The notes beneath the pieces are model-generated. The model made no database searches and was not told the origin of the DNA. It saw only the letters and a list, made by a program, of their open reading frames with translations. A stretch of DNA of 64,000 nucleotides from Clostridia bacterium (GTDB taxonomy: Bacteria; Bacillota; Clostridia; Christensenellales; UBA1242): NCBI GenBank assembly GCA_045538455.1, contig JAZSRL010000009.1, positions 14,875 through 78,874 on the forward strand. Direction: 5' to 3'. The position numbers and the translations under genes were made by a program. Positions 26,229 to 36,379 of this stretch are shown here, one piece after another; position 1 is the first letter of the stretch; each line of letters begins with the position of its first letter.

Positions 26229-26987
26229 ATGGCTATTGCAGTATTCGGAGATATTCATGGCAACCTAGAAGCCTTGGAAGCAATTTTAAAAGACATTAAA
26301 CGCAATCGTAAAATTACAGATGTTTATTATTTGGGCGATGCCATTGTGTTTGGCCCAGACAGTGCAGCTTGTATAAAATTATTACGCAAACACAAAGTTA
26401 AATGTGTTTTAGGTAACCACGAACAACGCATTACAAAATATGATGAATCCGCAACCGCACAAACTTATGCGGATAAAGAGTTGATTGAAAAAACTTTTGC
26501 ATCTTTGGATCGCGAAGATTTGGAATTTATTGCGCAAATGCCGTTGGAAATTAAAATTAATTACAAAGGTGCCAATATTCTGTTTACGCACTACTGCCAC
26601 GACTCCAATGAAAAAGTTTTGGATACGCAAATTGAATTTACCGAAAAAGATTTACAAAAACACTTCAAAAACAAAAAGTGCGATGTTGTTTTCTTCGGTC
26701 ATTTACACAAACGCAAAATCTTAATTGATGAAGAAAAACATTCATACATCTTACAAGGCAGTTCGGGTTGTGTAAAATCAGACAACACTTTCTATACTTT
26801 GTTTGATATAATTGACAATTACGGCGTAGACGATAATTTCAACATTTATCGCGTCGATGTCAAATTTAATCGCAAAAAATTCGTCACCAAAATGCAAAAT
26901 GCCGACTTACCGGGCAAAGAAGTTTTTGCTCCGTTTTGTTTCGGTATTTCATTTGATGATGATAAAAATAAAGGGAGTTTAGCATGA
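26229..26987 (+). CDS. metallophosphoesterase
   Basis: AVFGDIHGN, YLGDAIVFGPD and GNHE, the calcineurin-like phosphoesterase motifs. Confidence 0.85.
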   Translation: MAIAVFGDIHGNLEALEAILKDIKRNRKITDVYYLGDAIVFGPDSAACIKLLRKHKVKCVLGNHEQRITKYDESATAQTYADKELIEKTFASLDREDLEFIAQMPLEIKINYKGANILFTHYCHDSNEKVLDTQIEFTEKDLQKHFKNKKCDVVFFGHLHKRKILIDEEKHSYILQGSSGCVKSDNTFYTLFDIIDNYGVDDNFNIYRVDVKFNRKKFVTKMQNADLPGKEVFAPFCFGISFDDDKNKGSLA

Positions 26988-27430
26988 ACGAACATATCAA
27001 AGAAATCGCAGAAAAATTTTTGGAAGAAGAAGGCATTCCAACCAAAGCATCAATCTTAATGGCCAGCTTAGGTTTGAATAAAAGCGCGGGCGATATCGCA
27101 GACATTGCTTACGGAATTAACTTCAACCAACATGCATATAACGAAGAACGCCAAAAACAAATGGTTGAATATTTGGGTTACGCCATGTTGAATTGGCAAA
27201 TTTTGGCGCTCAGTACCGGATTAAGTGCGGACGAAATTGCCAAACGCTTTGCGGCCGAATGGTTGACGAAACGCACAGGCAAAGCTTCAATCAAAGACTT
27301 GTTAAAACATTTAAAAACACCGACGCGCGCCCCCGAAATGACGCAACATTTCAATCGTCCCACAACGACAGCACAACCAACACCCACCAAAGCAAAAACA
27401 TCAATTCGTGAATTTACACGCGATTTATAA
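26984..27430 (+). CDS. hypothetical protein
   Basis: 148-aa ORF with an ATGA overlap on the preceding gene. Confidence 0.5.
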   Translation: MNEHIKEIAEKFLEEEGIPTKASILMASLGLNKSAGDIADIAYGINFNQHAYNEERQKQMVEYLGYAMLNWQILALSTGLSADEIAKRFAAEWLTKRTGKASIKDLLKHLKTPTRAPEMTQHFNRPTTTAQPTPTKAKTSIREFTRDL

Positions 27431-27432
27431 AC

Positions 27433-28179
27433 TTACAACCAAATAAGTAATCCGACACCCAGCACAAACAAATAGACCGCAAACCAGCGTAGGTCTATTT
27501 TTTTTGTCATGTTCAGCATCATTTTAATGGCAACAATTCCCGACACAAAAGCCGTTACAAACGCTAATATCACATTACCGAAACCCAACATTTGAATTGT
27601 TCCGCCTTGCAATAATTCATACACCAACGAAGCTAAAATAATCGGAATTGACATTAAAAATGAAAAGTCGGTAGCTGCCGCCGAACTCATACCTGTTAAA
27701 CGCCCCGTCGTAATTGTGACCCCACTGCGTGATAATCCCGGCACCACGGCAATTCCTTGCGCAAAGCCCATGGCGAAACTTTGCACCCACGAGCGTGCTG
27801 TTTCACGCGGACGCCAAAGAGTTGGCAACAACAGGTAACAACCACACAATAAAAATAAATAAGGCAGGGCTGCCAATGTAAATAAGCTATCAATCAAATC
27901 TTTGCAAACCACGACTATGCCACAAGTTATAACAGTCGCCAACAGCAGTTGCTCTGTTTGTTTTTGCCACGGGTGGCGCATAAGCTGCCACAAGCGTTGA
28001 CGGTAAACAACAACTACCGCCAGTAAAGTTGCTAAATGCAAAATCAGGGTTAATAATAATCCACCGTCCGTAATACCACACAAGTGTTCAAACAATAACA
28101 AATGCCCACTGGACGAAATCGGCAAAAATTCAGCTAACCCTTGTACCAATCCTAAAAAAATTGCAGTATACCATGCCAT
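27433..28179 (-). CDS. uppP: undecaprenyl-diphosphate phosphatase
   Basis: GLVQGLAEFLPISSSGHLLL and PGLSRSG, the BacA/UppP signatures. Confidence 0.9.
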   Translation of the reverse strand: MAWYTAIFLGLVQGLAEFLPISSSGHLLLFEHLCGITDGGLLLTLILHLATLLAVVVVYRQRLWQLMRHPWQKQTEQLLLATVITCGIVVVCKDLIDSLFTLAALPYLFLLCGCYLLLPTLWRPRETARSWVQSFAMGFAQGIAVVPGLSRSGVTITTGRLTGMSSAAATDFSFLMSIPIILASLVYELLQGGTIQMLGFGNVILAFVTAFVSGIVAIKMMLNMTKKIDLRWFAVYLFVLGVGLLIWL

Positions 28180-28236
28180 GATTTATGTTTATGTTTTCGT
28201 TTGGCAAAAAATGGCTGGCAGTGTATTCTATAATTA

Positions 28237-28461
28237 ATGCAACAAGAAGACTTACTCAAACGCATTCGATTGTTTGCCACCATGACAACCGTGGCTTTTG
28301 TGGTCTTGATTGTGACTTTGTTAATTCAATTTGGATTCATTGCTTTTTATCATACACAACTCACAAATTTGGAAAGAAATAACATACAAATGCAACAAGA
28401 AATTGAAGAACTGCGCGCCGAAATTGAGTACGAGAAAAACCCCGACAATCAAAACCAATAA
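28237..28461 (+). CDS. small TM plus coiled-coil protein (DivIC/FtsB-like septation protein?)
   Basis: 74 aa with one TM segment followed by LERNNIQMQQEIEELRAEIEYEK. Confidence 0.45.
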   Translation: MQQEDLLKRIRLFATMTTVAFVVLIVTLLIQFGFIAFYHTQLTNLERNNIQMQQEIEELRAEIEYEKNPDNQNQ

Positions 28462-28469
28462 GGATTTTC

Positions 28470-29195
28470 ATGGAACATACGAAAGAAAGTTTGAACCAGC
28501 ACATACATCATGGGCGGCGTAAAAAATTGCGCGCCCGCTTTTTAGATAATGGTTTAGACACTTTCAATGAATGTGAAGTTTTAGAATTTGCGTTGGGCTT
28601 CTGTATTCCGCGGCAAGATACAAATCCCGCTGCCCACAGTTTGCTGGACAAATTCGAATCTTTGCAAGCTGTGATTGATGCCAAACCAGCAGACCTGACC
28701 CAAGCTTACGGTATCGGTGAACAAGCTGCGGTCTTTTTGCATTTTTTAAAACAGTTAACTTCGTACCTAGCGAAACAAACGGTCACCAAAGCCAAGATTA
28801 CTTCTCCGCAACAAGCCGTAGATTTTTTAGCGCCTTTGTTACGGACTTATACTGTGGAACAATATGTGGTCGTTTGTTTGGACACGGCCGGCAAAGTCAA
28901 GAAAGTACACAACATTACGAACCATGAGTTAGACATGGTACATGTGAATGTGCGTGAAATTGTTTCCATGATTACCGCCACAAAAACCGCGCAAGTTGTG
29001 TTAGCACATAATCATTTGAATGATGACCCGCGTCCATCAATGGACGATATGCAATTAACGCGCCGTTTGTGTTTGACTTTTCAAAATTTGGGCATTAAAT
29101 TTTTAGACCATGTTATTATTGCGGGCGAACACGATTACTCGTTCCACATGAGCGGATTGTTAGACCAATTAAAAACTAATACCCCGCATAAATAA
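28470..29195 (+). CDS. radC: RadC-family JAMM protein
   Basis: HGRRKKLRARFL...ECEVLEFAL, a helix-hairpin-helix GIGEQAA, and a variant JAMM motif AHNHLNDDPRPS. Confidence 0.85.
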   Translation: MEHTKESLNQHIHHGRRKKLRARFLDNGLDTFNECEVLEFALGFCIPRQDTNPAAHSLLDKFESLQAVIDAKPADLTQAYGIGEQAAVFLHFLKQLTSYLAKQTVTKAKITSPQQAVDFLAPLLRTYTVEQYVVVCLDTAGKVKKVHNITNHELDMVHVNVREIVSMITATKTAQVVLAHNHLNDDPRPSMDDMQLTRRLCLTFQNLGIKFLDHVIIAGEHDYSFHMSGLLDQLKTNTPHK

Positions 29196-29283
29196 GCAAA
29201 GACAAACAAATTGAAAGATAAATCCAGAAATGAAACATAGTTAAAATATTGACAAAAAAGCCAATCGCGATAATAATAAATCA

Positions 29284-30204
29284 ATGGCAAAAGAATTTGT
29301 CGGTCAAGAGTACATGGCGGCTACGCACGGCAAGGGCTTACATCAAGAGTCCAAAACTTCGCGTGTTGTTTCGCGCTTGACTGTCGCAGGTTCGATTATT
29401 GTGACTATGTTTTCCGTTGTTATTATTGCCTTTTGTGTTATTTTTGCCATGTGTCCGATTGTCGGAACTTCAATGATGACGACCTTAAATGCAACCGGTA
29501 ATAATACCGACAGCGCCATTACTTGCATCTTAGGCGAACCAGAGCACAGCGATATTATCGTATATAAACTCTACGCCAAACAAAATACACGCTATCGTGA
29601 TTATTATATTGATGCCGCTTATGGCAACCCGATTGCGATTGATGTGATTCGTGAAGTAGAAAAAACCTACGACAAGGTTGATGAGAACGGTCATTATATG
29701 TACATCATTAAACGCTTAATCGGCAAACCCGGTGACCAAATTAGCATGACCCGCGTTGATAATAATTACTATATTTATTTAAATGGACAAAAATTAGACG
29801 AAACTTATTTAGATCCCATGGTTGCGCAACCTGATGCCATGAACTTTCAACAGCTGTGGAATGTTTTGAACGATAAAAAATCTGCCGATATGCAAGACTG
29901 GGTCACCGTTAGCTACAACGATTGCATTACGACTAACCTATACAAATCAACAGACAGTGATGTACAAAGCAGTCGTTATATGTTAGTTGTCCCGAAAGAC
30001 CACTACTTTATGATGGGCGATAATCGCGGCTCGGCGAATACGAAATACAACCACAGCTGGGATTCAACTTACTTTGGACCATTACCAACATCAAGCTATG
30101 TCAGCAAGTGTGTTGATGTAATCAATGAAGATATTACTTTGGCACAATATTTGTGGCAAAAATTTGTGTACTATGTGGGTTTTGGTTGGGTTTGGCAACG
30201 ATGA
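29284..30204 (+). CDS. lepB: signal peptidase I
   Basis: GTSMMTTL (catalytic Ser box), IKRLIGKPGD and GDNRGSANTKYNHSWDS. Confidence 0.85.
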   Translation: MAKEFVGQEYMAATHGKGLHQESKTSRVVSRLTVAGSIIVTMFSVVIIAFCVIFAMCPIVGTSMMTTLNATGNNTDSAITCILGEPEHSDIIVYKLYAKQNTRYRDYYIDAAYGNPIAIDVIREVEKTYDKVDENGHYMYIIKRLIGKPGDQISMTRVDNNYYIYLNGQKLDETYLDPMVAQPDAMNFQQLWNVLNDKKSADMQDWVTVSYNDCITTNLYKSTDSDVQSSRYMLVVPKDHYFMMGDNRGSANTKYNHSWDSTYFGPLPTSSYVSKCVDVINEDITLAQYLWQKFVYYVGFGWVWQR

Positions 30205-30938
30205 AACCAAAAATTGTAGTCATTAGTGGTGTCACAGCCAGCGGCAAAACAGCTCTGTCCATTTTGTTAGCGAAACAATTTAACGCGGAAATTATCTCGG
30301 CGGACAGTCGTCAAGTTTATCAAGGTTTGGATATTGGCTCGGCGAAAATTACCGCAGACGAAATGCAAGGTGTGCCACACCACTGCTTAGACATTGTCGA
30401 CCCCGCGCAAAACATACGCTATTCGGTCGGCGATTTTCAGCGTGATGCATACGCGAAAATTGATGAAATTATTGCACGCGGGAAATTACCCATGTTGGTC
30501 GGCGGAACTGGTTTATATTCGCGTGCCGTGATTAACGGTTATGGCTTTGACGGGCAACCCAATGACCCGCGCTATGATGTTTTACAAATTTGCTTAGTGC
30601 CACCGAACACAATTCTGGCGCCCAAAGTAAAACAACGCAACATGGAACGCGTCGAACAAGGTATGTTTGACGAAACGCGTAATTTATTAGCGCGTGGCGT
30701 TAAGACCGATTTTTTGTATAAACTGGGTTTAGAATACCGTTTGAATGTGCGTTACTTACAAGGGGAAATTAATTTGGAAACTTATTATGACGAACTGTAC
30801 CACCAAACGATGCAATTTATCAAACGCCAACGCACTTGGTACCGCAAAGAAAATCCTGTTTATACACATTACCTTACCGAACCGACAACTTATTACAGTG
30901 AAGCAAGCACTTTAATCAAACAATTTTTAACAAAATAA
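30201..30938 (+). CDS. miaA: tRNA dimethylallyltransferase
   Basis: KIVVISGVTASGKTALS...ISADSRQVYQGLDIGSAK. The start at MKPK gives an ATGA overlap with the lepB stop. Confidence 0.9.
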   Translation: MKPKIVVISGVTASGKTALSILLAKQFNAEIISADSRQVYQGLDIGSAKITADEMQGVPHHCLDIVDPAQNIRYSVGDFQRDAYAKIDEIIARGKLPMLVGGTGLYSRAVINGYGFDGQPNDPRYDVLQICLVPPNTILAPKVKQRNMERVEQGMFDETRNLLARGVKTDFLYKLGLEYRLNVRYLQGEINLETYYDELYHQTMQFIKRQRTWYRKENPVYTHYLTEPTTYYSEASTLIKQFLTK

Positions 30939-30996
30939 TTAATTTTTTTACGGTGAAGTCTTGATTTTGATTTTTTTTGTGTGGTAAAATTGTAGC

Positions 30997-31401
30997 ATGA
31001 AAAAAAGACAACTTTATCCATTTAATAAAAACGCTTTGAAAGGAATTTCACTTGCTGTTGCGATTGGTACAATCGGTTATTGTACAATTGATAAACACAT
31101 CAAACAAATAAAGCGATATAAACATATTAATCACTTTACAAACGAATTACTTAAAAACAAAGCAAATACCAAAACTAATGACCAAACATCAGACGCTGTT
31201 GCCAATGTCCATGAAAAATTTCCACCCATGGCAATTCTCTACCTCGAAAATGGCGAAATTGCTTTGTTAATCAACCGAGAATATTTATCCCTTGAAGCTG
31301 CGATTCAAAAATATCCCCACTTGACCGCCAACATTCGCGAATACATTGCCGAAACACACGGCACCAAGACAACAACTGCCGAAAACATTTTGGAAAAATA
31401 A
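30997..31401 (+). CDS. hypothetical membrane-anchored protein
   Basis: 134-aa ORF with one N-terminal hydrophobic segment. Confidence 0.45.
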   Translation: MKKRQLYPFNKNALKGISLAVAIGTIGYCTIDKHIKQIKRYKHINHFTNELLKNKANTKTNDQTSDAVANVHEKFPPMAILYLENGEIALLINREYLSLEAAIQKYPHLTANIREYIAETHGTKTTTAENILEK

Positions 31402-31476
31402 AATTAGCAAAGAAAAAACACCTTAATCATTTTGTTAAAGTGTTTTTTTATTTTTTTTTGATATTCGATTTTACAA

Positions 31477-33867
31477 TTATTTCGCAACAATAAAGTTGAC
31501 CAATTTATTTTTAACATAAATCGTTTTCTTGATGTCGGTCGGTAAATTTTTGATTGCCGCACGACATTTTTCAACAACCGTTGCTTCGTCATCACTGGTG
31601 TTAATGGTTAAGCGTCCCACAATTTTTGCGTTGACTTGCACCACAATTTCGACCGTATCTTGCACCAGAGCCGCAGCATCAACGGTTGGCCAAGTTGCGT
31701 CTTTAATCGCTGGCCAAAGTTCTTCGGTGATGTGTGGCGCAAACGGATTTAACAAAGTCAAAAGTGTTTGATATTCATGTCGGTTTAAAGAGCCTTGTTT
31801 TTCAATCGCGTTCATTAAAATCATGATTTGAGATACCGCGGTGTTGTACTTCATAGATTCCATATCGGCGGTAATTTTTTGAATCGAATAATTGAAAATG
31901 TATTTCAAAGCTGGACTGTACTCCGTACCTGCGGTAACTTTGTCTTGTAATGCCCAAACGCGTTGTAACAAACGGTGACAAGCTTTCACACCATCATTGC
32001 TCCAAACCGCAACTTCTTGATAGTCACCAATGAACAAAACCCACAGACGCAAAGCATCGGTACCGTATTGGTCGGCGACATCGCGTGGATCCACAGTATT
32101 GCCCAAGCTCTTACTCATTTTCACGCCGCCTTCACCTAAGATGATACCTTGTGAAATACGGGCTTTACAGAATTCGTTGAGCGGGAATAAACCTTGGTCA
32201 TGTAAGAATTTTGTCCAGAAACGCGCATACAGCAAGTGGCGTGTCGTGTGTTCATTACCGCCATTGTACAAAGTAATCGGCAACCATGCTTTCATTTTTT
32301 CGGGGTCGGCAAAAGCTTTGTCGTTGTGTGGGTCGCAGTAACGGATAAAGTACCAACAACTGCCCGCCCAGCCTGGCATCGTGTCGGTTTCGCGTTTGGC
32401 ATCAGCGCCACATTCCGGACATTTAACATTGACCCAGTCGGCAATTTTGGCTAGCGGACTTTGACCATCGTGCGTAGCTTCATAACTTTGCGTGGTTGGC
32501 AACAAGACTGGCAAATCTTTTTCGGGAACAGGTACCATACCACATTTTGGACAATGAATAATTGGAATGGGTTCGCCCCAGTAACGCTGACGGGCAAAGA
32601 CCCAATCATGCATTTTATAGTTTTTGGTTTCACGAGCCACACCTTGCGCGGACAACCATTGCGTAATGTTGGTTTTAGCTTCTTGCACGGTTTGACCATT
32701 GAACTGTTCCGAATTCATGAGTTTGGCTTTTTGTTCGAGGTAGACTTGTTTTTCCAAAGCCGCACCATCAATGTTGCCTTCGATGACTTGAATCATCGGT
32801 ATCTTGTGTTTGGTTGCGAATTCGTAATCGCGTTGGTCGTGTGATGGAACCGCCATGACGGCACCTGTTCCGTAATTGCATAACACAAAATCGGCAATAT
32901 AGACAGGGACTTCGCGGCCGTTCACAGGGTTAATTGCGGTAATACCTTCCAAACAGCAACCGTTCTTGTCTTTCACCATTTGGGAACGCTCAAATTCGCT
33001 TTTACGGCTGGCTTGTTGACAATAAGCTTGCACCGCGTCCCAGTTTTTAATTTGTGGTTGTAAAGTTTTTAACAATGGATGTTCGGGCGCCAAGACCACG
33101 AATGTACAACCAAAAATGGTTTCAATACAAGTGGTGAAAATTTTAATTTGTCCGCCTTGTTTAATTTTAAAATCAACTTCGACACCGTAGCTGCGTCCGA
33201 CATAATTGATTTGGCTGGTTTTAATGTGCGGTAAGTAATCAGTTTCCGCTAAGTCATCAATCAAGCGGTCAGCATAAGCTGTCATTCTCATCATCCATTG
33301 CGGAATCGTTTTTTGTTCGGTTTCCGCGTGGCATTGGCAGCAGGTGCCGCTTTCCACTTCTTCATTGGCTAAAATACCGCAGTTCGGACAGTAATTAACA
33401 TTGGCTGTGCCTTTGTAAGCAATACCCTTTTTGAAAAATTGCAAAAATTGCCATTGTGTCCATTTGTAATATTCAGGGTCACAAGTCGAAATAAAACGCG
33501 ACCAGTCAATCGACAAACCGACACGCGATAATTGTTCACGGAAAGTTGCGGTATTACGCGCAACCACCTGTTGTGGCGGAATGTGTTCACGAATGGCGGT
33601 ACGCTCGGCTTCCAAACCAAAAGCATCAATCCCCATCGGGAACAACACATTCTTTCCTTGTAAACGCAGACGGCGCGCCAAAGCATCGAGCGCCGTATAA
33701 CTGCGCATATGTCCGATATGCAAACCTTTGCCGCTTGGGTACGGGAACTCAATCAAAATGTAAGCATTTTCTTTCCCGTCAACTTTGTCTTTGGTTTCAA
33801 AGCGTTTATCTTGCGCCCAAACGGCTTGCCATTTTTTTTCAATAGCGCGAAAATCATAGGTTTCCAT
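31477..33867 (-). CDS. leuS: leucine--tRNA ligase
   Basis: 796 aa with PYPSGKGLHIGH (HIGH) and VKMSKS (KMSKS). Confidence 0.95.
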   Translation of the reverse strand: METYDFRAIEKKWQAVWAQDKRFETKDKVDGKENAYILIEFPYPSGKGLHIGHMRSYTALDALARRLRLQGKNVLFPMGIDAFGLEAERTAIREHIPPQQVVARNTATFREQLSRVGLSIDWSRFISTCDPEYYKWTQWQFLQFFKKGIAYKGTANVNYCPNCGILANEEVESGTCCQCHAETEQKTIPQWMMRMTAYADRLIDDLAETDYLPHIKTSQINYVGRSYGVEVDFKIKQGGQIKIFTTCIETIFGCTFVVLAPEHPLLKTLQPQIKNWDAVQAYCQQASRKSEFERSQMVKDKNGCCLEGITAINPVNGREVPVYIADFVLCNYGTGAVMAVPSHDQRDYEFATKHKIPMIQVIEGNIDGAALEKQVYLEQKAKLMNSEQFNGQTVQEAKTNITQWLSAQGVARETKNYKMHDWVFARQRYWGEPIPIIHCPKCGMVPVPEKDLPVLLPTTQSYEATHDGQSPLAKIADWVNVKCPECGADAKRETDTMPGWAGSCWYFIRYCDPHNDKAFADPEKMKAWLPITLYNGGNEHTTRHLLYARFWTKFLHDQGLFPLNEFCKARISQGIILGEGGVKMSKSLGNTVDPRDVADQYGTDALRLWVLFIGDYQEVAVWSNDGVKACHRLLQRVWALQDKVTAGTEYSPALKYIFNYSIQKITADMESMKYNTAVSQIMILMNAIEKQGSLNRHEYQTLLTLLNPFAPHITEELWPAIKDATWPTVDAAALVQDTVEIVVQVNAKIVGRLTINTSDDEATVVEKCRAAIKNLPTDIKKTIYVKNKLVNFIVAK

Positions 33868-33889
33868 ATTTTTTTACACTCCCCGAATT

Positions 33890-36370
33890 TTATTCGTCAC
33901 CGTTTTCTTCGTCTTCTTCTTGTGGTTCGGCCACAGCCACAGCCACAATCTTCGCACCTTCGCCGACACGCATGATGCGGACGCCTTGGGTATCACGGCT
34001 AATTTTTGAAATGTAACTTGCTTTTGTACGAATCATAGTTCCGTTGTCACCAATTAACATAATGTCTTGGTCAGCGCGGACTTGTTTCAAGTTAACCAAT
34101 GGTCCGGTTTTTTCGTTGAACACACCAGCTTTAATCCCTTTACCGGCACGCGATTGCAAACGATAATCGTCTGGGTCGCTGCGTTTTCCGTAACCATTTG
34201 CCGATACCGTCAAGATTTCACAACCTGGTTCAATGACACTCATATCCACGATGGTTTCGGTTTCGCGGTCAATGTTCATACTCTTTACACCAGCTGCACC
34301 GCGTCCCATTGGACGAACATCTTCTTCACTGAAACGGATACATTTACCCGAGCTGGACGCCATAATAATTTCATCGGCACCAGTGGTATGCGCAGCGGCA
34401 ATTAATTGGTCGCCTTCGTTCAAGCCAATCGCAATCTTACCAGTACGCGCAATACGCGCAAATTCGCTACATTTGGTTTTCTTAATCATGCCGTAAGTCG
34501 TTGCCAACATGATGTGACCGATGTCGTAATCTTCCATTGGAATGACGGCAGCCACGCGTTCTTCATTCGCCAATTGTAACAAGTTAACAATCGCACGGCC
34601 TTTGGAACCCTTCGCCGCCTCTGGAACTTCAAACGCTTTAATACGGTACACTTTACCTAAGTTCGTGAAGAACAACAAGTCGTGGTGAGTGTTGGTAACA
34701 AACATGCGTTCCACAAAGTCTTCTTCTTTGGTTGCGTGTGTGTTCGAACCTTTACCGCCGCGGCGTTGTGCTTTGTATTCGGTCAATGGTAAGCGTTTAA
34801 TATAACCGCAGTGGGTCATCGAAACAGCAACATCTTCTTTTTCAATCAAGTCGGCGATGTCGATGTCACCGTAGTCAGTGGTCAATTCTGTTACGCGTTC
34901 CACACCGTATTTTTCTTTAATTTCCAATAATTCTTTTTTAATCAAAGCCAATAATTTTGGTTGGCTGGCGATGATTGATTTCAATTCGATAATCAAGACG
35001 CGCAATTCTTCCAATTCGGCTTTTAATTTTTCAACTTCCAAGCTGGTTAAGCGTTGTAAGCGCATTTCCAAAATTGCGTTCGCTTGACGGTCGGTCAAAA
35101 TGAAACGCTTCATCAATTTTTCGCAAGCTTCAATTTTGTCTTTTGATTTCTTGATGATAGCAACAACTTCGTCAATGTTAGCCAAAGCTTTAACCAAACC
35201 TTCCAAAATGTGAGCGCGTTCTTCGGCTTTTTCCAAATCAAATTTGGTACGGCGTAAAACGACTTCTTTTTGGTGTTCCAAGTAGTAGTACAACATTTCT
35301 TTCAAGTTCAAGACTTTTGGTTCGTTACCAACCAAAGCCAAGAAATTGATACCCATAGAAATTTGTAATTGGCTTAATTTAAACAAATTGGTTAACACAA
35401 CTTGTGCTTGCGCGTCTTTTTTCAAGGTAATCACGATACGCATACCATGACGGTCGGATTCTTCATCCACACTGGTAATACCGTCAATGCGTTTGTCGCG
35501 CACTAACAAGGCAATGCTTTCCACCAATTTAGCTTTATTAACTTGGTATGGAATTTCGGTCACAATGATGCGGTTACGGCCGTTATGTTCTTCAATTTCG
35601 GTCGTTGCACGCAAGACAATGCTGCCGTGTCCGGTTTTGTATGCGTGACGCAAAGCTGCACGGCCCATAATTATACCACCGGTTGGATAATCCGGAGCAG
35701 GAATAATCCGCAATAATTGGTCGATTTCGATGTCTGGGTTTTCAATTAATGCCACAACACCGTCAATAACTTCACTTAAATTGTGTGGCGGAATATTGGT
35801 CGCCATACCAACCGCAATACCATCACTACCGTTAACCAACAAGTTTGGGAAACGCGATGGCAAAACAATTGGTTCTTGTTCGGTTTCGTCAAAGTTCGGA
35901 CGGAAGTCAACGGTATTTTTATCGATGTCGCGCAACATTTCACTCGCCACAGCCGACAAACGCGCCTCGGTATAACGCATCGCAGCCGGTGGGTCCGCGT
36001 CCACAGAACCAAAGTTTCCGTGTCCATCAATCAAAGGCATATTAATCGTAAATGGTTGTGCCAAACGCACTAACGCATCATAAACCGAGCTGTCACCGTG
36101 GGGGTGATATTTACCCAAACATTCACCAACGATACGCGCACATTTTTTGAATGGTTTGTCGTGGGTTAAGCCCAATTCACTCATGGAATACAAAATACGG
36201 CGGTGAACTGGTTTCAAGCCGTCACGCACATCAGGAATCGCACGGCTCATATTAACCATCATCGCGTAAGACATAAACGACTTGTGAATTTCGTCTTCAA
36301 TCTTAACTTTGACATATTTAGTATTATCAACAATTTCCTGTAATTCTTCGCTGTAATCTTTCTTTCTCAT
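33890..36370 (-). CDS. gyrA: DNA gyrase subunit A
   Basis: 826 aa with [12 protein letters not shown] and the quinolone-region motif [20 protein letters not shown]. Confidence 0.97.
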   Translation of the reverse strand: MRKKDYSEELQEIVDNTKYVKVKIEDEIHKSFMSYAMMVNMSRAIPDVRDGLKPVHRRILYSMSELGLTHDKPFKKCARIVGECLGKYHPHGDSSVYDALVRLAQPFTINMPLIDGHGNFGSVDADPPAAMRYTEARLSAVASEMLRDIDKNTVDFRPNFDETEQEPIVLPSRFPNLLVNGSDGIAVGMATNIPPHNLSEVIDGVVALIENPDIEIDQLLRIIPAPDYPTGGIIMGRAALRHAYKTGHGSIVLRATTEIEEHNGRNRIIVTEIPYQVNKAKLVESIALLVRDKRIDGITSVDEESDRHGMRIVITLKKDAQAQVVLTNLFKLSQLQISMGINFLALVGNEPKVLNLKEMLYYYLEHQKEVVLRRTKFDLEKAEERAHILEGLVKALANIDEVVAIIKKSKDKIEACEKLMKRFILTDRQANAILEMRLQRLTSLEVEKLKAELEELRVLIIELKSIIASQPKLLALIKKELLEIKEKYGVERVTELTTDYGDIDIADLIEKEDVAVSMTHCGYIKRLPLTEYKAQRRGGKGSNTHATKEEDFVERMFVTNTHHDLLFFTNLGKVYRIKAFEVPEAAKGSKGRAIVNLLQLANEERVAAVIPMEDYDIGHIMLATTYGMIKKTKCSEFARIARTGKIAIGLNEGDQLIAAAHTTGADEIIMASSSGKCIRFSEEDVRPMGRGAAGVKSMNIDRETETIVDMSVIEPGCEILTVSANGYGKRSDPDDYRLQSRAGKGIKAGVFNEKTGPLVNLKQVRADQDIMLIGDNGTMIRTKASYISKISRDTQGVRIMRVGEGAKIVAVAVAEPQEEDEENGDE

Positions 36371-36379
36371 GATAACTCC

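Noticed and set aside
33546-36073. Multiple 60-130-aa ORFs inside and antisense to leuS and gyrA (for example 33546-33845, 34067-34405, 35783-36073)
   Set aside because: They are nested in strongly supported housekeeping genes, have no RBS, and are Arg/His-rich shadow-frame translations. The same reasoning applies to the nested ORFs within gyrB, dnaA, serS, glyQS, pyk, the MTase gene and the array genes.
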